This document shows, in pieces, positions 1-12,800 of a DNA stretch of 64,000 bases (position 1 is the stretch's first letter; the number at the start of each line of letters is the position of its first letter). The DNA is from Haliotis rufescens (lineage: Eukaryota), in contig NW_025963890.1 in assembly GCF_023055435.1 (NCBI RefSeq), forward strand, positions 20,336,001 through 20,400,000. The letters are read 5' to 3'. A model generated the notes under the pieces. The model was not told the origin of the DNA. It worked only from the letters and a program-made list of their open reading frames with translations, and made no database searches. A program made the translations under genes and the position numbers.

Positions 1-328
1 ATGTTGGTTAATATATGAAGACTTACTCATATTCAAGAGTTTTTAGATTGGTTCCTCATAGAAACGTACAGACCGGTATGTTGTGTGAACCAATGCTTAT
101 GAATGCATCACATGTAACGTCATCCATGACTGGAGATGCACCATTAGGCTCGTGTAAGATTAGTGTGTAAAGTTTGGAATCATATGCAGCATATCGTGCT
201 AAGAATAAAATCACTCTGTGGTAACACTTGACGGATTGTTAGTGTTCTCATTAATCTCTTCTTACCGTACATACTACTCTATACGTTACTATGGTTTGCG
301 TTTCTTTTGGTGGTTAGTATAGAATAGA

Positions 329-597
329 GGTGAGGTGACATGGGGTTTAACATCGCATCCAAGATTATTGCACTTATATAGCGACGTGCATGTACGTGTT
401 TGTCTGGCTGCTTGTACTAGTTCGGACTGATGCCGATTTAAAGTGCTAGCTCACTGAGATACCGTGCCGCAGTTTAACATGAATACCCCACTCAGACACA
501 GTATACTGACTCCGAGCCGACCAGTCCTTGTTTTAGCCCCTTAATGCTGAGCGCCAGACAGGGTAACAACAAGTACTATCTTTTAACGTCTTTTGGG
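329..597 (-). mobile_element. 5'-truncated SINE family C
   Basis: High identity to 52540-52770, lacks the tRNA head, 12-bp TSD gtatagaataga (317-328, 598-609). Confidence 0.85.
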
Positions 598-699
598 GTA
601 TAGAATAGAAGTTATGTATAGATGGGTATATGTCATATTAGAATGGAGATAGTAAACACTGGATAATTAAGGATGAGATTTTTTTGCCCCGTTTGTGAT

Positions 700-1186
700 C
701 CTCAGGTTCAGCATCAAACCTTTACTCTTGGGTTTGTAATCGTATAGATCTTGATTATCAGTCAGATTGTTTTCACTAGGCGCTCCATTGTGTTTTAAGC
801 AAATACAAGTGATATGAGTGATGGAATCTGTTTGGTTTGTCTTGGTTGTTTCTTTAATGTCGCACTCAGCAATATTCCAGTTATATGAAGGTGGTCTGTA
901 AATAATTGAGTCTGGACCAGACAATCCAGTGATTGATAACATGAGCAGCGATCCACACAATTGAGGTATGATGACATGCATCAACAAAGTCAACGAGCCT
1001 TACCACCCGATCCCATTAGTCACACCTTTTGACAAGCATGGGTTGGTGAAGACCAATTCTAACCCGGATCTTCACAGATCTGTTTTGTCAATAGGAGGGA
1101 TATTAAACGTAACAGCTACTGGTGGCACTACGATCGAGCCTGGAAATTCTTTTATAGTCAGTTAACTAACTTGCCTTGGGAAGATG
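700..1186. mobile_element. Partial copy of the 17011-17505 MITE, split by a family A retroposon
   Basis: Shares tagatcttgattatc, caagtgatatgag..ggaatctg, ctggtggcactacgatc and the terminal gggaagatg. Confidence 0.7.
834..1080 (-). mobile_element. Retroposon family A copy
   Basis: Same body (gagtctggaccagacaatccagtgattga) and head; inserted in a MITE. Confidence 0.85.
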
Positions 1187-1325
1187 ACATTAAGACAAGA
1201 TGATAAAGCTGAAGTACTGTTTAAAGTGGCACTGCCTCCACTTCACTCACTCTAATGCCTGAAGAGCACACTTCACGATAACCATCAGTTAATTATTTCT
1301 GAATGCTCATTTGTTGCATGTCTAG

Positions 1326-1455
1326 GGACACTGGCACACCGAAGGAAGGATTTGGTTCTGTCCTTCCTCTTCATGACCCAGAACACAAGAAGATGTACAT
1401 GGAAACCACACACAAGGCAGATTTCGGAGCACCATTTCCTTATGAACCTGCACCG
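1326..1455 (+). CDS. CFAP95: CFAP95/C9orf135 homologue, penultimate exon
   Basis: ag|G...CCG|gtatgt; encodes (R)DTGTPKEGFGSVLPLHDPEHKKMYMETTHKADFGAPFPYEPAP, resembling the TGLPATGFGAVFPRH...TTYSEDY segment of C9orf135 as I recall it. Confidence 0.85.
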
Positions 1456-2164
1456 GTATGTGAATGCAATTATTCCAGATACATCAAAATTTACCATGGC
1501 GGCACTGGAGCCCAGTTAACTAAAAGTGCAGGATTATTGTTCCTTGGCTGTGCCAGGATCCTGGGTTCTATTTGTCCCATATTTGTCATCATATGATTAT
1601 AATTTAGAAGAAACATATTTTGTAATGATTAAGTCATTTAATGGGGGCAAAATTGAGTATGATGCTGAATTTGGATTCTGCCAAATTGTGTTTTTATAAA
1701 TCATAGGACCAAGTGATATTAGTGTTAACTATTATGGCAATTAGATCATCTATCGATAAAAAATTAAATACAAGTGTATGTAATGGTGTAAAAATACTAT
1801 TTTCTGCTTGTGTATACCTGAGGTCTCAAGCCAGTGTTTTGTTGATTCAAATCTGCTAAATAGGTTTTTAGTTGAGCTACTACTATTCACTTCCATTTTT
1901 GATAGAAACGTTTCCTAAACACATGTAATATATCATGTTTTCAGGTATTGAGATATGTATTGTATCCCAATGAAGTACACTTTTACAGCTCAAGTTATGA
2001 CTATGGCAACTTCAATTATCTAACAAAGACTTTTTCATAATTGTAGCGCTTAGATTGGTTGTGGAACGGGAACCTGAACACCTTATGGGGAAGTCATACC
2101 ATGTTGAAACCATTGTCTCTTCAATTATATTCTTCAACTGCATCACCTCAATATACTTTAACAG

Positions 2165-2359
2165 GAGAGGCCTCCAGATTTTGAAGATCTATCTCCAGCA
2201 TACAGAAAGTGCAACTCCCAGTTTACAGACAAGGTCGACTACCGGCGTCTTGGACGCAACACATGGCAAGATGAGAGCGGAATCTACAGCAACACCCACT
2301 ACAAGAGACAAGTGTACAAACCTACCAACACCATTCCAAGTACAGTACAGCTGGAGTAG
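2165..2359 (+). CDS. CFAP95: CFAP95/C9orf135 homologue, last exon
   Basis: aacag|GAG...TAG; ERPPDFEDLSPAYRKCNSQFTDKVDYRRLGRNTWQDESGIYSN... carries the RKCxSQFTD and NTWxDESGIY motifs; in phase with exon 1326-1455. This frame is not in the ORF track. Confidence 0.88.
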   Translation, partial: ERPPDFEDLSPAYRKCNSQFTDKVDYRRLGRNTWQDESGIYSNTHYKRQVYKPTNTIPSTVQLE

Positions 2360-2797
2360 TGTCAGCATCACATGTGTGTGCTAATGTATATATGAAACAT
2401 ATTTACACAAAACCTCTTGTTTGTCTAAGTCAACACTACAGCTCTATCATGTAGAGATATACTCTCCTCACCAAGGGGTTGTATTGAATTATCTGTTTAT
2501 ATTACATAGGTGTATTTGGGTCATCTGGTGCAAGTTTGCATAGGATAAATGTTATAGTCATGAAATGTCTGAAATGTTTAAATTGATGAAGATGAAAATC
2601 TTGCATATTTACGTGACTCAGTGAGTCAGCACAACCTTTTAGGAATGTCTATCACCATAGTTTAATTTTACTTGATCACTTTCCGACCGTGTTTTACTAA
2701 AGACATTGATTTTGGGAGGTCTCTAGAAGCAAAATAGAATTCTTTTTAAATTTAAATGTGTTGCAGATATGAAGATGTTTGTTGAGGAATGTATATA

Positions 2798-2803
2798 AAT
2801 AAA
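2798..2803 (+). terminator. Candidate polyadenylation signal of CFAP95
   Basis: AATAAA ~440 nt after the stop, followed by T-rich sequence. Confidence 0.45.
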
Positions 2804-3628
2804 TGCAAAATTCTACTTTCATTTACTTTGTTTTCAATAATACTTTGTTTCCTCCGTGACTGAATGACCAGTATAACTTCATTTAGAAAGGTCTGAGAGC
2901 ATGTAAAACAGCCAGCATGAAGTGAGCGAGTGTGTGTGGTTTAACACGTATTCAAACAATACACATCAGGGTGTGTGAGGAAAGCAAGAAGTGATGCAGG
3001 TCCTAGGCGTTTACCACCCTGGTGAAACCCATGATCTCAGTACTCTGGTTTGCCAGCCATATCCCCCAATCAACCCTTTTTGAGTAACTCTTTGTGTGTG
3101 TGAGAGAGTGAGTGAGGAAGAGGACAAAAAAAAGTTAAAAATTAACTGAAAATAATAAAATTGATGCCATATTGAGTATGGTCTCCTGTCACTCAAGTTA
3201 CATATGCTCAAAACATGGCTCTTTATTATCCCCCCGGCATATAATGCGGGGCAGAATTCGAAAACCATTCAGTGTATTTGATCGAAACTTGGCAAATCTA
3301 TCAGGCACATACTGAAGTAACCATTTTTCCTTCTGCCCAGCCTTTACTGTAATGCTAGAGCCCAAAATCACACCCATGACAGGGTTTTGCACCAAGTTTA
3401 TAAACCTATTCATTGGGATCGCTATTAAGTAAGAGACTTCTTTCTATAGGCTTTAACACCTATTGTGAGGTTTTACTTTCCAGTCGGGTTAAATTTCATA
3501 AACAGGGACGTTGTCATGTCCCTGGGATTTTATATAATGTCCTGGGTATTTTATTAATATAACTTCCGTTCAGATTGTAACATGTAATGAAATGTAAAAT
3601 CAAATGACAAATGTTTTCTTTATATTCC

Positions 3629-3690
3629 CGAGGATCGAACTCGCAACCTTCATATCTGTAGCCCAGTGAGTCTACCACAAGGCTACAGAG
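3629..3690 (-). mobile_element. tRNA-like SINE head remnant
   Basis: TAGCCTTGTGG (A box) and AGTTCGATCC (B box), no intact cloverleaf. Confidence 0.55.
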
Positions 3691-3870
3691 GTGTTGATAA
3701 GCCTCACTGGATTTTAGAATGTGCTTTTCAAGATTCGTACGCCAGCAACAGATATTTTACAAGTGTTTCCTAAGGTTCATGGAAAGTATGTTCGAAACAT
3801 AAAAATGTTGATAAATGTTGTTTTAAGTTTCTTTTTTCGGTTTATAAGTATGGAAAAACACTTTCCCTCA

Positions 3871-3954
3871 GTTTTGGTAGACAGAGCATGCCCTGGGGGT
3901 CAGGAAAAAACGCGGTTTTTCCCTCTCCCCAGGGCATGCTCTGTCTACCAAAAC
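3871..3954. repeat. Long palindrome/hairpin
   Basis: Perfect 28-bp arms 3871-3898 and 3927-3954, plus an inner ggaaaaa/tttttcc stem. Confidence 0.9.
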
Positions 3955-6716
3955 CTCGTAAGCGTTTTTTCTCCGATACAGAGACCTGTATCACTGGACA
4001 AGGCATGTTTCTACATGAATATTTTTGGTTACATCAGTCAGTTTATGGCAAAAATTAACTGTGGAGACTAGAAATATTTTGGCTACACTGTTAGCAAGAA
4101 ATCTGTGTGTGGCATCATGCTTTGTGAGATGCTGTCTAAACGAGTTACATGTTGAAGTTATTTTGAACTCTCTCCATAAGAATACTCCACTGATTTACAC
4201 ATCCACAAACAAATACACAATATTTTTTTCTAAAATTTTATTTCTGTTTTGACATCTTAGTACATCCAGTTAGTGACATGCATTGTATGTGCCGCTGGTA
4301 AGTTCAATCACAGAATGTCGGCCAGTTGAAATGTTATAAAAATGAGCCACATAAAAGTATTAAAACATATAATAGAATGAAGCACACTCAGAAAATGTAG
4401 CACCAAATTCTTGTGGATTACTAACTAAATGTACCATAACATGAAAACAGGGGAATTACCTGTGGCATCAAATGGACATTGTTAAAATTTGCAGAATCAG
4501 CTAAAACAAATATGAAACGAAACAATTTTCATCTCAAACTGACATAACATTTATTCATAAAATTTGCAAATTTGAAAAACATTGAGATGAACCATACTTG
4601 AGCATCCATTGATGCCAACAGGAGTGGGTGACTACATACATAAATATCTGACATGTCAAAGATAATTCACCATCTGAGTCCCCTAAATTACTGGCCTCTT
4701 GAATGCTACAGTGTAACAGGTGAATTGACAAATAAAATAAATTGTGGATTTCTTTTGATTTGTACAAATTGACATAAATGCTCACACATGACTAAAGGAA
4801 CAGTAAATGGTTGGTGGAAATTGGCTTGCTGCTCGTGAGCTTGCTCCAAACTAACACCGAGATAATCCTGCGTTTTCATTTATCATATTGCAATCTTGAT
4901 ATACTCTATCAACTTCTAATTAACAGCGATTATAAGCAGAGTGTGTTTCCATATTGTAAATATCATATATTAGGAATAAAATTGTATTATGCGAACCCAT
5001 GGCGTGTATACATATTTTGTATTCCTGACATATGTTTACAATGCAGGAACACACAAGGGTATAATTCTTTTTATCAAATCATGTTATTCATAAAATAATA
5101 AATGTTAAGACATTATTTCAGTGCTTGAAATACAATGATATGAAAACAATGATAGAGTGAACCGCCTCAATTATCTTATAGCGCCAAATGATTTGAATTT
5201 GCCTGTGTAAAGAACATCCACACATGGGAGTATGAGTAACAGTTTATTGAGCAAGTAGACATTGCATCGATATAAGCGGCTTATCAAAAGTAATTAAAAC
5301 CATTTAAACCTTCATGAAAACAAAAAAATGATATTGTAAATGTATTAAAAAGTGCATAAAAACGTGTTAGTCATAACAGTAAAACTCATTCTCAGCATAT
5401 CAGGATATAAGCTGTAAATATATCCATCAATAAACACATTTATACCCAAAGATTTCCTGAACAGAAATTATAATTAGTTTACATGCCAAAAACCTTAACA
5501 ATGAGGAAGATTTAATTCAAATATAATTCTTAATATTAATTTTTTTTTTACAGCAGTGTATATCCTGATATGCTACAAGAAATATCTGCAAGATGTCAGA
5601 TACTGGACACTAAAACTACATAAATATTTTGATGTGGGAAATGACTTAGAAAAACTTCCCTGAATGAAATGAGAACATCCTTTAAAACACATACCCCAAA
5701 ATAAAATCTAAAATATTCATTTGTTGGACGAATCACAGCACTGATTTTTTTTTTTTTGTAGTAACAGGAACCAGTCACATCTCTCTCCTACATCAAAATA
5801 TTGATCAGGGATGGGAGGGGAGGGTTTGAAATCATCATCAGGGCATTTTCAGGTTGCCATGGTTACAATTCAGATTCCAATCTTTGGTGGCATTATTGTT
5901 TACAACACTGCATGTAAGTTTTGATCTATGATCAGTTTTCTAAGACCTCCTGATTAGTTCCTTCTGATGGTAGCTGATACATGTACACAAGGCACTGAAA
6001 GAAACTGTATTATGATTCTATCATATGAACAGTTTCTTTTACTGCCAAGTGATGTATATATGCTAGGAACAAAGGGAAACTGCATATGCTAAGTTTCTTT
6101 TGATACTTAATGTATGTTGACAAACATAAATCATGTGTATGATGCTGAGTTAATAAATGTCACTGAATGGGAAGGTAAAATGTTTCTAATATTTCTCCTT
6201 GATAGAAAATCAGTGACTTAGGATGAAATGCTTGCAACATGTTCACAGTAAAATGTATTTGAATAATTAAAAGTAACATTCTCCTCCCAACATTCATCAA
6301 CATTTGATCAAATGTCACTGTAATTGACCCTTGTTTAAAATATATCGGATCAATCAGTTGTTTGCACAAGTGCAAATCTGCATCATATCAAACAACATAA
6401 CACAACACAAAACAAAAGTTCCAGCAATGTTGTCCTTATGTCATAGTCTGACTCAGTTCATGCTCTTGTATACCCCATAATGCTTGTTAGGTTTCAGTAA
6501 TATCAGAGTTGAGGGACACCCCCCCATATTGGGCATGAACAAATCGCAACTTCAACATTAACATATTTGAAAACACATGAAAACAAAACATAGACAAACA
6601 AACATATTGGCACATATATGACACCCAGCATACACTGATGTACAATTCATCAGGAGATTAAACATCATAATTTATGTATGTATGTAACCATGGCAACTGA
6701 TATATTATGCTGAGCT

Positions 6717-6856
6717 TTAGTTGACTGGGCAGGAATCCATCTTGACACTGCCAATGGCACTTCCAGAGCCAATGTATTGCATTTTCCCGTCAAGCTGCAC
6801 ATTCCGTATACAGCCCACAAAGCTGGTCTTGGCATCAATACCCTTGGCAGAGTAGT
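6717..6856 (-). CDS. LanA: Laminin alpha terminal exon 49 (LG5 end, stop TAA)
   Basis: [10 protein letters not shown]...KMDSCPVN*. Confidence 0.95.
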
Positions 6857-9800
6857 CTGGGGAAGACAAAATGGAGACACTAAAGTTTCAGCTTCTCTTT
6901 TTTTCTTCTTCATACCATCTACATGATCATACAGTTTATTACTTTTTACGAATTTGAAAAAATTCAAAGTCACCATGATTATGCAAACAATATAAGAAAC
7001 TAGCATTAATGTGTTCACAAATGTATTTCTTTAAAAGAAATGTTTAGTTCATTTTCCTTATTTGCCTAGTTTTAAGGGAAACTGAACAAAGGGAGGTAAT
7101 TTTTCTCACCTGGTGCGCCACCAATGAAGAGTGGATCATTAGTGTCCGCTGCGGACACTCCAGGTTTGCCCTGTCCGATGGGGGCAGTGACACCATCGAC
7201 CTCCAGCTTCACTACCTCTTTGGCCTTTATAGCTGAAGCACAAACAACGCAGGCTCATCTACATGCAGGAACATTGCAGTGGGGATTTTATGCAACTTCA
7301 AGTCTTCTGTACACAAAAACTTGTATTATGAGCAAACTTCTAGTTACACAGACATGTACACTATCAATAATATTTCTACATTAAAAGCAACCATTACCAC
7401 ACCAACAAAGTATGTTCCAAATTACTGTTGACAAACAGTGGGTGGACGTTGTTGTCTGGAAGCATTGTCTTACCTTTGATGACATGCCACTTGCCATCAC
7501 AGAGAGAAATGGACGTGGAAGGTGTGAAACTAGTTGTGATGGCTCCCATGCCATTGTCAGCTCTCAAGACGATCTGGAAACAAATTCAGTTGATCAATAC
7601 CCATCTCTGTTGAATTGTTGAACATACATACCATCAAGAAAGCAGGTAAGCAAATGGGTGTTACAGTTCCTTGGGAACAATGAAGTGAAGCAGGTGACCA
7701 AAGCTTAATGGTGCAAACAGAAATCCATTATGTTTTGTTTTATTTATTTAAACATTTTTTATTCACAAGAAGTGAACAGGATTGGGGGGGAAATGTCAGG
7801 GTATAAAAGCATTTAAATTGCTACCAGATACGGATCATTATGAATGTCACATATCATGACTAGCCATCTGGTCAGGAACCTTAAGAAGATCATTATAATT
7901 GCCATAACAAGAGACATTCAGAATTCATATACCCAAGAAAGCTCTTATAAAACACCTGGTAAGTTTGAAAAACATTTGGTACCCAATGAACTAAATTATA
8001 TCGTCATTAGAGTATGTGATTAGAAATGTTGTGACCTGGCACATACATATCCAGTGACAATAGTTTGCTTACCTTGCCATCCACCATCTGCAATACTAAG
8101 TAGTCTCCTCTGCCATGGACTGCCAGAATCAAACCAGTTACTGACCTAGGTTTGATTTCTACACGTATCAGGAGGTCAAGGCCAACCTTGAACTTATCAT
8201 CTGAAACAATTAGTTCAATCACCATTTGAGAACACTTTATTCGGAAAACGTCCTGTATTCCTATTTTGAGGTGCCAATGAGATGTACATGATAAACAACA
8301 TGATTATCACTTGCGCTATCAGTACTAAGACTAAAAAAAGGTCTTAGTTCTCAGGCGCCGCCGCATCATTGCCTGAGAACCAATGTTTTTCAAGCCTAAT
8401 ATGGCAACAATTTCCAGAACTCATTTGATTTAACAGTAGCCTATGAGTGGCATACACAGGGTGACCATAGCCAGGAGTGGCCTCACAATAAGACAATCAT
8501 AGATGGTCCTACAATAAGCACACAGATTATTTACCTCAAATCAAGAAAAGAAAATGCATGTCTATTGTGTTGAGAGGTTCGGCTATTGTTGGCAGTATAA
8601 ATTATTCACATATAGAAGCACATAATCATGATATCTTTTCTTGGTGCCAGGATGATCCAGTTGTTCATTACTGTGTAAACTCACATAATTTGACATATCC
8701 TCCATCAGCTGTGAAGAAGGAGCCCGCCTCCATCGCATTTGAGCAAGGCTTGATAGCAGTCTGCTCTGATGGTGCACCAAACATCTTATCGTTTAGCTTG
8801 AAGTTCTTCAGGCAACCAATGAAACTGCCAGAGACGTCCTACAAATATCATTATCATATCTCCATGTCAGGGTGATGAGATCTGATTGGTTCACATGATC
8901 TTGATAAATACTATGAATCCTGCCTGGGAGGGAAATAAGTTTCTGAGCGGGAGAATAAATCCATTATACACAGCCAAGAAGACAGGGTGCACATGGATTT
9001 ATGAGCAGGAGAATAAATTCCTTGTACCCTGCTTCAAAGTAAAAGGCTGCATGTTTTTTCAGAGTCATTGATAGTCATGTGACATAGGACAAGTTAACAT
9101 CAGCTTAATCGAACAAGGTGTTTTCTATCAATATTAATTCTTTTACAATGTCAGATTAAAACATATTGGTAAGATTATTTCATTGTAGCAGTATCACGAG
9201 GGGTATATGTGATTTTATGCAAGTGGCATGAAACCACATGTACCCCGAGGGATACTGCTTTGTTTTATACTCTTCAAAAAAAGAAACGTTATACAGATAT
9301 TTTTGGCCATAAAAGCAAAATTAGCGGACCAAGAGGTGCAAAATGAAGAGGTTTAATGTGTTATAGTGTCAGTGACAAATTTCCCGGATAAAAATGATCA
9401 CAAGAAGGACAAGCAAACCATAAGTCAGGAAACATGTACGATTTGGAAAAATGCACCTTGTGCATTAACAAAATGGGCCACTATGAAGGGTATTAAAGTA
9501 CAGGGTTTTTGATTGCCTGTCATCTGTGTCAATCGAACAGTGACAGTTCAACAACATGCCAAGATTAACAGAAGTGCAAAGAAACAATGTCATAGGCCGC
9601 TTGCTGGCAGGGGAATCCCGATCAGATGTAGCCAGGGTTTTCAATGTAGCGCCCAGTACTATCACAATGCTATGGGATCGGTTTCAAACAGCATGGGTCA
9701 ACATGTGAGCGGCCAAGGTCAGGACGACCAAGAATAACCAACCCACGCAACTGTGTATTCCAGCAGGACAAAGGACAATGCTCAACCGCATACAGCACAG

Positions 9801-12800
9801 ATCACAAGAGACCTGTCTACACAACAACAATGTTGATGTTCTCCCCTGGCCCTCCAGATCCCCGGATTTGAAACCAATAGCGCACCTGTGGGATGAATTG
9901 GACAGACAGCTATGTCGATGTCAACCACAACCTCCAACCTTTTGCGTTGCAGGCCGAGTGGGCTACCATTCCCCAGGATGTGATTCGCATACTCGTCTCT
10001 TCCATCGGCAGGAGATGTCAGACCGGGGGACATACGCATTATTGATGGTAGCTGACCTTCACCTTGGACTTTTCCAATGTACCGATAACTGTGATGACTA
10101 CAATCACCAAGCGTTCTCTTCACAACATTTTGGCTCAATACCGTGTACGGTTCCTCATATAAATGTATTTTTCTACATCACACAAATCTGGCTTTACATT
10201 TCTTTTAAGAGTATATAATGTTCACTTTTCATGTGTGTTTAAGATTGTTTAATAACCAAAAGTGAACGCACAATAACTCATTTTTATGAAAGGCAATTTT
10301 GGACTGACAAAAGAAGCATGATAATCTACCACAGATTGAACACCATCTTCCAGATTTCCTACCTTTAGATTATTGGCAGCTTTCTTCTTCAGGTCCATGG
10401 GAATGCCACCAACAAAGTAAGGTGTCCGTACATTGATGGATCTGGTACGCCCAATGGACCGTCCATTACCTACTCTCTCTTTATTAATCTCCAAAGTACC
10501 AAGTGTTTGGGCCCTGGAGAAACTCACCTGGAGGAGAAAACAATCCATCAGAAACTAGCTAAAACACTGTGCAGTCAAGAAAATACTTTTCATCACTTGT
10601 GACAGACCTTTTCATTATTCTTAATTCTATAAAATCTTAAATAAAACTAAATACATCAGAAATGACTGGTTAGTGTAGACTTACTTTATGCCACTCTCCA
10701 TCGTTATATTTTTGGGGGCTTGTTACCACGGCAGCCCCGCTGCCACAATTGAAGGAGTACACCACTTGGCCTCCCTTCATGAACAAAGCAATGTGATCAA
10801 TGTGGCGGCTGTCAGCCATGTACATGATGATGCCATCCTCTGCTGTAGTCTTAAACTGGCATTCAAACAGTGACCTGGAAACAATACAATTAAATATATG
10901 TAATAGCCAGTAAAATTTGACTTAAAGTCAACTCAACAAATTTACAAGAAATTTTAAACAATATCAATGTTGTTGCATGAGAGTGTCATTTGAAAACAAC
11001 TGACCTAATCCTGAACCTTGATGGCAGTTTCTTGTACTCCTGTCGACTATCAGCGGTCGACCCAAATCTGGTTCCATCAATCACACCCTCTGCCATCATG
11101 TCGGGGCGGTCAGGGAGAGCACACTGACCTGGCACTGCCACATCGGGTGTCTCGGTCACAGCTGAAAGGAGGCACAATATCGAGTAGGAAAAGTAATAAA
11201 ATCCACAGTACATTCTACTTTAATCCTAAATATGTTCAGGATAGATCAAGTGAAACCATGACATTTCAACAACATAACTAGAACATATAATTTGATCCTA
11301 TAACAGCCATAGTAATTCAGCAAGTATGAACAGAACACTTTAGTTTGACCCCAAAGACTCACTCTCCTCCTCGATGTCTGGCTTGGTCTGAGGTGTTGGC
11401 TTAAGTTGAATGTCCACACCCAGCTCACCACTCACGGGACATCCAGCCAAATTGGCACCAGAACGGTCACTCTCCTGTATACTGGCGAAGTTCACAAACC
11501 TGCAGAGAGAAACACATAATGCAGATACCAATGATTTGTATGTGACTGTTGACAATGAAAGCAAAACTGGCCTCTCAAAATCAGACTCGCCTGTATTTGT
11601 TTAAGCCATGGTTCAGCTGGATGTGTTTCAAGAGAAGGTAGAAGCATATACCCTCATACTTATAGTATCATATTTATCTTACATCAGTGTTCTCTTTGAC
11701 ATAACTTATATCAGCATGTTGTTCAGGAGAGCCATAATACTCTAAAATACAAATCAAGTGGCAAATAACACGAAACACATTGGCCTAATCTTCAGGATGT
11801 GTACTAGAAACAAAAAGATTATCAAGATCTAAAATGTGAAACATCTGCCAAGAATATGTGAACTTGTAAATTTTACAATAAATTGTATATTTATATCCTT
11901 ATCCTACCTCCCACTATATGCATTATTCTTTCTTCTTTGATCCTCTATGTACGATTCGAAGATGATGCTACGAGAGTGTAGGATTTTGACGATGGGCCTG
12001 GTGAGACGGGTAAATAGCCACGATGCCGAAGAAATTCAAACTGGGAGCATCTTCCATTGGTAACGGTGGCCAAGGAAAAGCAATCAAAGGAAATGTTGGT
12101 GCTCCCATATGTAAATATGTGTCCTGTAGATCTAAACTGATAATGAAATCACCGGGATAGAGCAAACATGCGTAACAGCATGATAGACATCTGGAAGTGA
12201 AGAGGTATGACTAGTTAAACAGTTTCATGTTGAAAATAAGGCAGAGAGAAAAACTGTCCTTTTTCTGAACCAGAAATATCGGAGAATAGAAACTTGTAGT
12301 GGTCGAGCCATGCCCAGGCATTCTATTTAATTTTTGGTTTGTAACATTTCTATGTCTTCTGTGAGGATGGGAAGATGTTTGACAGGAGATTGGAAACGGA
12401 ACGTCCACCTATTTTACCGACACCTTGTCCTTGATGGCCTCTTCTCTGGCCACGAAATGAGCTGGATCTCAAACTGAGCACTTCCCAAAGATCCAGTTGG
12501 ATGAGCATGAAAGAAGGTTGCTTACAGTCCTGTTGTTGTTCCTCTAGCCGATTCCTCTAAGTGCAGTAAATCGACCGTCACCTGAAGAGAAGTGTCCCTC
12601 TGGACATCTTGAGCCATCTCTTGGATACATCCAGCGAGTAAAGAGTGGGAAGACCAGGGTAATTGGTAAAGTCAGTTCTTGAACGGTGGGTACCAGGAAC
12701 AATGTTGGAGAACTCCCCGTCGTCGCAAAGTGGTGATGGATGCTGCATGGTGGACCAAAAGATCCAGAATGCCCGTCATCTTGACTTGGATCAAGTCAAT

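Noticed and set aside
2055-2384. 109-aa ORF from the ORF track
   Set aside because: Wrong frame; the real coding exon is 2165-2359 in another frame.
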